DNA of 64,000 nucleotides, from the NCBI GenBank assembly GCA_963664875.1, contig OY761611.1:128001-192000 (forward strand). The letters run 5' to 3'. The notes beneath the pieces were generated by a model, which ran no database searches, was not told where the DNA came from, and worked only from the letters and a program-made list of their open reading frames with translations. Origin of the DNA: Candidatus Kapaibacterium sp. Lineage in GTDB: Bacteria > Bacteroidota > Ignavibacteria > Kapaibacteriales > UBA2268. Positions 57,649-64,000 of the stretch are shown here, piece by piece (within the stretch, counting starts at the first letter, position 1; every line of letters starts with the position of its first letter). Made by a program: the position numbers and the translations under genes.

Positions 57649-59676
57649 ATGAAAAAACTAATCAGCTTGTTTGTTCTTGCTGTTGTATGTTTTGCTTCTT
57701 ATGCAACTTTGGATGCTGCAAGGAACTTCACAGCAAAAGACTTGATGTCGCTCAAGCGCATAGGAGAGGGGCAAGTTTCCCCGGATGGTAAATGGGTACT
57801 GTATAGTCTTAAAACGCCTGCTCTAAGCGAAAATAAATTCTATACAGATTTGTATGCAGTCAAAATGGATGGTTCGGAAACTTTGCAGGTTACTACTGAT
57901 AAAGCTGCTGATTTCAATGGAGTATGGTCTCCGGACGGCAAAAAAATTGCGTTCCTTTCTACAAGAACAGGAGCACCTCAGATTTTTGTAAAAGATTTTC
58001 CGAACGGAACTGCAAAGCAAATAACAAACATAGAAACAGGCGTTTCAAATATGGCTTGGTCTCCAAAAGGAAATTTCTTCTCATTTACTTCAGAAGTAAA
58101 GTTGGATAAAACTCCGCAAGAGAAATACCCTGAATACAGCAAAGCAGATGTTAGAATATACGATGATTTACCTGTACGTCACTGGTCGGAATGGATTGAT
58201 GAAAGCTACAGCCATTTATTTGTTATATCTGCAAACGGTGGAAATGCAAAAGATTTGACTGAAGGCATGAGATATGATACTCCTTTGAAGCCTTTTGGTG
58301 GTGGTGAAGAAATAGCTTGGTCACCTGATGAAAAAGAGCTTTGCTACACTATGAAAATTGTACCTCAGTTTGAAATATCAACTGATTCACAGCTTTATAC
58401 AGTGAACAGAGAGGGCGGAGAAGCTAAAAATATTACACCGAATATGCCGGGTTATGATAAAGCTCCGCTGTATTCTCCTGACGGCAAATGGATCGCCTTC
58501 CATAGCCAGGAAAGAGCAGGCTTCGAATCTGATAGAATTAGATTGATGCTTTATAATAGAGAAAACGGTAATATCACGGAACTATCCAAATCTTTAGATC
58601 AGTGGGTAGGAACAACAATTTGGGCTCCCGATAGCAAATCTTTATACTTTGACTGTCCTACTCAAGGTACGAAAAGAATATATAACATCAATCTTTCCGG
58701 CGAATGGAAAATATTGACTGAAGGTATGTATAACTACGGCGGCTCTCTTGCTATCACTCCTGATGGAAAAACATTAGTTTTCGGCAGAGAATCTATGCAA
58801 GAACCAAATGATTTGGTAACCATGCCTGCCGAAGGTGGTAAAGTAACTCAGATTACAGACGTAAATAAAGAAATGATGTCTGAGTTCAACAAAATCAAAA
58901 TAGAAGAAAAATGGTTCACAGCTAAAGATGGTAAAAAAATCCACTCTTGGGTTGTTTATCCTCCTAACTTCGACCCAAATAAAAAATATCCTATGATTAC
59001 GTATTTGCAGGGTGGACCTCAATCTATGCTTAGCCAGCAATTTCACTATAGATGGAATTGGTATCTCATGGCTTCACATGGCTATATCATAAATGTTGCT
59101 AACCGCAGAGGTGTACCGGGATTCGGACAAGATTGGAACGATGCTATCAGCAAAGATTGGGGCGGAATGCCTATGCAGGATTATTTGACAGTTACAGATG
59201 AGATGAATAAACTTCCGTTTGTTGACAAAAACAAAGTTGCTGCTATCGGTGCATCTGCAGGCGGTTACGCTGCATTCTGGATGGCTGGTAACCATCAGGG
59301 AAGATTTAAAGCATTATTAGCTCATTGTGGTGTGTTTAACTTAGAATCTATGTACGGCTCAACTGAAGAAATCTTCTTCCCTAATTGGGAAAACGGCGGA
59401 CCTTACTGGGATAAAAAATATAAAGACTTCTATGATAATAATTCACCTCACAGATTTGCTGATAACTGGGACACTCCGATTATTATCTCTACAGGTGAGT
59501 ATGATTTTAGAGTGCCTTATACTCAATCTTTAGAAGCATTTACAGTAGCACAACTCAAAGGCTTGCCTTCAAAATTATTAGTTTTCCCACAGGAAACACA
59601 CTTTATTGCTAAGCCTCAAGAATACATTATCTGGGATGCTGAAGTATATAATTTCTTGGACAAATTCTGCAAATAA
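57649..59676 (+). CDS. S9 family (prolyl oligo/dipeptidyl) peptidase
   Basis: Signal peptide, TolB-like SPDGK repeats, GASAGG nucleophile motif, DFRV and ETH triad motifs. Confidence 0.93.
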   Translation: MKKLISLFVLAVVCFASYATLDAARNFTAKDLMSLKRIGEGQVSPDGKWVLYSLKTPALSENKFYTDLYAVKMDGSETLQVTTDKAADFNGVWSPDGKKIAFLSTRTGAPQIFVKDFPNGTAKQITNIETGVSNMAWSPKGNFFSFTSEVKLDKTPQEKYPEYSKADVRIYDDLPVRHWSEWIDESYSHLFVISANGGNAKDLTEGMRYDTPLKPFGGGEEIAWSPDEKELCYTMKIVPQFEISTDSQLYTVNREGGEAKNITPNMPGYDKAPLYSPDGKWIAFHSQERAGFESDRIRLMLYNRENGNITELSKSLDQWVGTTIWAPDSKSLYFDCPTQGTKRIYNINLSGEWKILTEGMYNYGGSLAITPDGKTLVFGRESMQEPNDLVTMPAEGGKVTQITDVNKEMMSEFNKIKIEEKWFTAKDGKKIHSWVVYPPNFDPNKKYPMITYLQGGPQSMLSQQFHYRWNWYLMASHGYIINVANRRGVPGFGQDWNDAISKDWGGMPMQDYLTVTDEMNKLPFVDKNKVAAIGASAGGYAAFWMAGNHQGRFKALLAHCGVFNLESMYGSTEEIFFPNWENGGPYWDKKYKDFYDNNSPHRFADNWDTPIIISTGEYDFRVPYTQSLEAFTVAQLKGLPSKLLVFPQETHFIAKPQEYIIWDAEVYNFLDKFCK

Positions 59677-59705
59677 TCATTTGCTTAATGGGATTATTGA
59701 TTTGT

Positions 59706-59745
59706 GCCCGATGTGATTTTATCTTTGCATCGGGCTTTCTTTTTT
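59706..59745 (+). terminator. Intrinsic terminator
   Basis: GCCCGATG...CATCGGGC plus T-run. Confidence 0.8.
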
Positions 59746-59768
59746 AAGGATTTTCGCCAAATATTTGA

Positions 59769-60623
59769 TTACTCATGTTCCGGGAGTTTCTTTCCGCAAT
59801 AAGGACAATATTCAAAATGTGAAACTGATTTAGGTTCCACTTCAGATTCTGAGTTTGAAAGCTCGGTGTTTTTGTTTTGTAATTGTTCAACAAATCCTAT
59901 ACTTATAATCCCTGTTGGTATTGCTACAAGTCCAATTCCAAATAAAGCAGTAATTGCTGCAAGAAATTGCCCCCATCCGCTAATCGGAAAAACATCACCA
60001 TAGCCAATAGTTGTCAGTGTTGCGACTGCCCACCAAATAGAATGGAAAATACTTCCAAATTTGTCAGGTTGAATGTCATGTTCTATTTCGTACATTAAAG
60101 TAGCTGATAAAATAAGGAGCAAGCTCGAACCGAACATGGTGATAATCAACTCTTCTTTTTTCTCTTTAAATACAGTGAAGAGTAGTTGAAGAGATTTAAT
60201 GAATCTTGCTAATTTCAAAATTCTAAAAATTCTTAGAAGTCTCAGCATTCTCAGAAATCGTAAGTCGATTTTAACAAACATAGGGAGATAGAACGGCAAA
60301 ATTGCCAGCAAATCTATAAGTCCGAAAAAAGAAAATACATACTTAATTCTTGCTTTTGTTTTGCTTAGATTCGGGTACATCAAATCCGCAATCCAAATTC
60401 TAATCAAATACTCTAAAGAGAAAACAGCAACAGAAAAATAATCAAAAGCTGTATAAAATACTTTGTATTCCAGATAATGCGATTCGATAGATTCGAGCAT
60501 CATTGCTATTATATTCAGAACAATAAGTATAGTAATGAAATAATCGTCGATTACATGCCATCTGCTAGTCGAGCTGTCGTCAGTCAAGAAGATTTTGCCG
60601 ATAAAATCTTTAGTCTTTCGCAT
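59769..60623 (-). CDS. Voltage-gated potassium channel (ion transporter)
   Basis: S4 LRFLRMLRLLRIFRILKLAR, filter TTIGYGD, C-terminal CPYCG. GGAGG before ATG 60623. Confidence 0.92.
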   Translation of the reverse strand: MRKTKDFIGKIFLTDDSSTSRWHVIDDYFITILIVLNIIAMMLESIESHYLEYKVFYTAFDYFSVAVFSLEYLIRIWIADLMYPNLSKTKARIKYVFSFFGLIDLLAILPFYLPMFVKIDLRFLRMLRLLRIFRILKLARFIKSLQLLFTVFKEKKEELIITMFGSSLLLILSATLMYEIEHDIQPDKFGSIFHSIWWAVATLTTIGYGDVFPISGWGQFLAAITALFGIGLVAIPTGIISIGFVEQLQNKNTELSNSESEVEPKSVSHFEYCPYCGKKLPEHE

Positions 60624-60762
60624 ATTTCCTCCATCAAAATATAACTTTGTTTGAATAAACAAATATAATGCCGAACTAAGTTCTTGAAATATATTCTATT
60701 ATATTTGTGCCAAATTCAAATAATATGTATTTTGCAAAAAATGTGTACGTAAGGCATGAAAA

Positions 60763-61677
60763 ATGAAATACATATTTAGCATTATCATACTGGCGTCAAT
60801 TTTTGCAGTATTGGATTGTTCTGCCAATACTCAAACACAAGACACCAGCTATTGGACTAAGCAGGGAAATGTTAGTATAAACTTAAATCAACTTGCTTTA
60901 ATCAATTGGGCTAAAGGAGGGGAAAGCTCTGTAGCTGCTACCGGCCTGCTAAACGCTCAGGCAAACTATAAAAAAGATAATGTGCAGTGGGATAATGTCC
61001 TTGATCTTCGCTACGGGCTGATGTCTTCAGAGCAGTACGACATTCGGAAGACTGACGATAAAATCGAAATTGAATCCAAAATTGGCTATAATGCTTTTGA
61101 TAATGTGTTCTATACTGTCGATATGTCTTTTAATACACAGTTTTGGGATGGATATAAATATCCTGATGACTCTACTCTTGTTTCTACTTTTCTGTCGCCA
61201 GCATACCTAACTATGTCCACCGGGCTTGATTATAAAATAAATAGTGCTTTTTCGTTCTTTTTGTCTCCTTTTGCCGGACGCTTTATTTGGGTGAAAGATG
61301 ACTCACTCGTAGCTAAAGGTGTATATTCTTTGGAACCAGGCGAGAATTTCAGAGCAGATTTTGGAGCAAAATTTACTGCAAGAGCTGAAAAGCAAATCAT
61401 GGAAAATATAACAGTAAAATCCAAACTTGAGCTATTCAATAACTACACTGATAAAGATTTGAATAATAGATCAAATATTGACATAAACTGCGAATCGACT
61501 TTGCTTATGAAAGTAAATGATTACATAGCTGCCAATATTTTTTTGCACCTAATATATGACCACAACATAAATGTACCCCTGTTTGAACAGATAGACGGAG
61601 TTAAGACTAAGATTGGGGAGGGGCGTAGGCTTCAGGTAAAAGAAGTTCTTGGAGTCGGGTTTTCGTACAAATTATAG
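60763..61677 (+). CDS. DUF3078 outer-membrane beta-barrel protein
   Basis: NWAKGGES, RKTDD, TQFWDGY, FLSPAY, LQVKEVLGVGFSY. Confidence 0.82.
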   Translation: MKYIFSIIILASIFAVLDCSANTQTQDTSYWTKQGNVSINLNQLALINWAKGGESSVAATGLLNAQANYKKDNVQWDNVLDLRYGLMSSEQYDIRKTDDKIEIESKIGYNAFDNVFYTVDMSFNTQFWDGYKYPDDSTLVSTFLSPAYLTMSTGLDYKINSAFSFFLSPFAGRFIWVKDDSLVAKGVYSLEPGENFRADFGAKFTARAEKQIMENITVKSKLELFNNYTDKDLNNRSNIDINCESTLLMKVNDYIAANIFLHLIYDHNINVPLFEQIDGVKTKIGEGRRLQVKEVLGVGFSYKL

Positions 61678-61692
61678 TAAGTATGATGTCAG

Positions 61693-62853
61693 ATGCTAAA
61701 TTCAAAGCAAATAGATTTTATAAAAACCAATTTAGAAATTCCTGCATCAGAGCTTGCATTAAGGCATAATCACGATGCAGAGTTTCGCTTAGCAGTTGCT
61801 CAAATCGCAGCACGACAGAAAATCAGAGATAAACTTCCAACATTTTATTCAAATTTAGAGCTTCTACTTCCTACTTCTATTCCATTAGAGCAGGCTTCTT
61901 CAGAACTAACCGCAAGGTATAAATCAGAAATTATTTCTTTTACAACTTCTGTTGATTTGACCGGTGGCTTGGGAATAGATAGTATTTATTTGGCAATGAG
62001 AGCTAAGAGTCACCACTATATAGAGCAAAATCAAGAACTATATAGTATATTTATGTCTAATCTATCAGAATTAGCAATTAATAACGTAGTCTGTATAAAT
62101 GATGATAGTATAAAATGGATAAAAGAGCAGAATTCCATCCCTGATTTGATTTATCTTGACCCTGCGAGAAGAGGTAAAGGCGGAAATAAAACTTATTTCC
62201 TCGAAGATACCGAACCAAATCCGATAGAAATAATAAAAAATGTGAAGCATAATTACAAGTATGCTCTAATAAAAACATCTCCAATGCTCGATATTACCAA
62301 AGCAATATCGCAACTCGAAGAAGTAAGAGAAGTGCATATAGTATCTGTAAAAAATGAATGCAAGGAGTTATTGTTTTTGTTAGAAAAGGACTACATCGGC
62401 GATATTCGTTACCACACAGTAAATTTTGAAAACAATTCATCAAAAAAAGAGATTTTGTTTTTGGAAAACACAGGAACAATTCAATTCTCTGAGCCAAAAA
62501 AGTATATTTATGAAGCAAATGCATCAATCAATAAACTCGGATTTTGGAATAGTCTTGCTTCAAGGTATTCACTTTCTGCTTTGGATAGCAATACTCATAT
62601 ATTCACATCTGATAATTTGATAAGTGACTTTCCGGGAAGAATTTTTACCTTAGACTCAATAACAAAAATAAACAGGAAAGAAATAAGCAAAGCCATCCCA
62701 TGTGGCAAGGCAAATATTTCAATCAAAAATGTGCCGATAGATATTAATATCTTAAAAAAGAAAACCGCCCTCACGGAAGGCGGTGATATGTTTTTATATG
62801 TCGTAAAATCAAAGTTTTTAGGTAATATCTGCTTGGTTTGCAGGAAAGCCTAA
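61693..62853 (+). CDS. Class I SAM-dependent methyltransferase with THUMP-like C-terminus
   Basis: LEQASSE, DLTGGLGIDS, YLDPARR, KTSPMLDI, FPGR. Confidence 0.85.
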   Translation: MLNSKQIDFIKTNLEIPASELALRHNHDAEFRLAVAQIAARQKIRDKLPTFYSNLELLLPTSIPLEQASSELTARYKSEIISFTTSVDLTGGLGIDSIYLAMRAKSHHYIEQNQELYSIFMSNLSELAINNVVCINDDSIKWIKEQNSIPDLIYLDPARRGKGGNKTYFLEDTEPNPIEIIKNVKHNYKYALIKTSPMLDITKAISQLEEVREVHIVSVKNECKELLFLLEKDYIGDIRYHTVNFENNSSKKEILFLENTGTIQFSEPKKYIYEANASINKLGFWNSLASRYSLSALDSNTHIFTSDNLISDFPGRIFTLDSITKINRKEISKAIPCGKANISIKNVPIDINILKKKTALTEGGDMFLYVVKSKFLGNICLVCRKA

Positions 62854-63776
62854 GCTAAAAAATCCGGTAGGTTCACCGGAATGCTTTTGGGCTCAGCAAG
62901 AGCTAATTCAATCAAATATTCAGCAGTTACATCTGTAAGCCAATCGAAGTTAATGTCTTTTAAAAATTCTTTGTCTGCATTTGGATTCGGATTTAGACAA
63001 TCCATCACATAAATCTGACCATTTTTTACTGCAATCTCGATTGCATTAAAGTCAAATCCTAAAGATTTGCACAACCTAATGCAAACATCTGAAATTTCTG
63101 CTTTTAAACTTGCTTCAATATGAGGTTCTTCAGGAGAATATCTCAAATGCATAGGCTGTTCAGGGAAATAGGTCATAATTTTTGTATGCTTGAATCCGAC
63201 TGTATAAACACGGAAGTAACTGTCATACTCTATAGCTTCCTGCACAATCATCAGTTTTTGACCGGTAAGATCATAAGTTGAAAAAAACTCGTTGGGGTTA
63301 TAAACTTTATACGACGTAAACGCACCTGTCCCTAAATTAGGTTTAATAATACAAGGGAAGCCGACATAGTCGAAAACATAATCCCAATCCAGAGGATATT
63401 CGAGGTTTCTCATTGTTGCAGGACCGGTTCCTTCAGGCATTTCTTTACTTGGGATAATTGCAGTTTTAGGTACTTTGATGCCCAAATGTTGAGCTAATAC
63501 TGCGTTGAAGAAATTGTCATCTGCACATTTCCAAAATGGGTTATTGACAATATGAGAGCCATGAAGAGCAGCGAGTTTCAATATGCTGCGATAATAAGGA
63601 ACGGCATTTGAAACTCTGTCAAAAAGTACACTGTATCGGGGAAGCTGATCTATTCTTACAGCTCCGACAACTATAGATTCTGCTAATACTCGAGATGGAG
63701 CTAGAGTATTTATTTTTTCAATCAGCGTTTGCGGAAAATTCTTTTCATTGCCGAATAAAATGCCTATTTTTTTCAT
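62850..63776 (-). CDS. RimK/glutathione synthetase-like ATP-grasp protein
   Basis: NNPFW..DD.F, VPKT, GFPCIIKP, VQEAI, NPNPNAD. Confidence 0.8.
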   Translation of the reverse strand: MKKIGILFGNEKNFPQTLIEKINTLAPSRVLAESIVVGAVRIDQLPRYSVLFDRVSNAVPYYRSILKLAALHGSHIVNNPFWKCADDNFFNAVLAQHLGIKVPKTAIIPSKEMPEGTGPATMRNLEYPLDWDYVFDYVGFPCIIKPNLGTGAFTSYKVYNPNEFFSTYDLTGQKLMIVQEAIEYDSYFRVYTVGFKHTKIMTYFPEQPMHLRYSPEEPHIEASLKAEISDVCIRLCKSLGFDFNAIEIAVKNGQIYVMDCLNPNPNADKEFLKDINFDWLTDVTAEYLIELALAEPKSIPVNLPDFLA

Positions 63777-63895
63777 ATCTCACCGCGATTAAGGAATAAT
63801 TGTTGACTACAAATAAAAGCGAAATCAAATTTGCTGAAATTACTTATTTTGATATAGTATTTTTGACGTAGATAAACTAACAATCATTTGATACT

Positions 63896-64000
63896 ATGAA
63901 AGATATTCTTATTAAAGTAGAAAATATCTCTATGGATTATTTAGGGCAAAATTTGTTCCATAATCTATCCTTTGAGCTAAAAAAAGGGGAAAAACTTGCA
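63896..64000 (+). CDS. ABC transporter ATP-binding protein, N-terminus (runs off window end)
   Basis: Manual translation gives MKDILIKVENISMDYLGQNLFHNLSFELKKGEKLA, the typical segment before Walker A. Confidence 0.75.
   Translation, partial: MKDILIKVENISMDYLGQNLFHNLSFELKKGEKLA

Noticed and set aside
57435-57649. Two short overlapping ORFs upstream of the S9 peptidase
   Set aside because: AT-rich promoter-like DNA with no recognisable motifs or SD.
1-64000. CRISPR arrays, tRNA/rRNA genes, intact transposases, and the many short antisense ORFs in the track
   Set aside because: I saw no regularly spaced repeats, cloverleaf or rRNA signatures, or transposase motifs by eye. The short ORFs lie inside well-supported genes and are treated as shadow frames.

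Overview
AT-rich bacterial chromosome segment from the Bacteroidota/Chlorobiota-Ignavibacteria (FCB) group, most like Ca. Kapabacteria or Ignavibacteria. This placement is an inference from a T9SS-type C-terminal domain protein, bS22, DUF3078, and TAnnTTTG promoter-like boxes co-occurring with Shine-Dalgarno sites. Most genes are housekeeping: hslO (partial), HU, uppS-bamA-skp-skp-lpxD, split transketolase, CCA enzyme, hpnC/hpnD, nuoE, sucD, ndk, rsmE, xerD, M16/M3/S9 peptidases, sensor kinases and a K+ channel. The ORF track missed a 30-aa ribosomal protein gene (bS22). No rRNA, tRNA, CRISPR array or intact transposase was seen. The most notable items are: (1) a roughly 3.2-kb AT-rich island directly after xerD, with paralogous orphan immunity-like genes interleaved with repeated RHS-core and toxin-tail remnants; (2) a stand-alone M-domain+NBD2 'half ClpB' leading a VWA-OmpA-SPOR/CAP lipoprotein unit; (3) a Memo-AMMECR1 fusion with a lipoprotein signal and degenerate catalytic motifs; (4) a near-perfect inverted-plus-mirror repeat that could form an intrastrand triplex; and (5) several apparent pseudoenzymes. 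All family calls come from motif recognition by eye, not from database searches.
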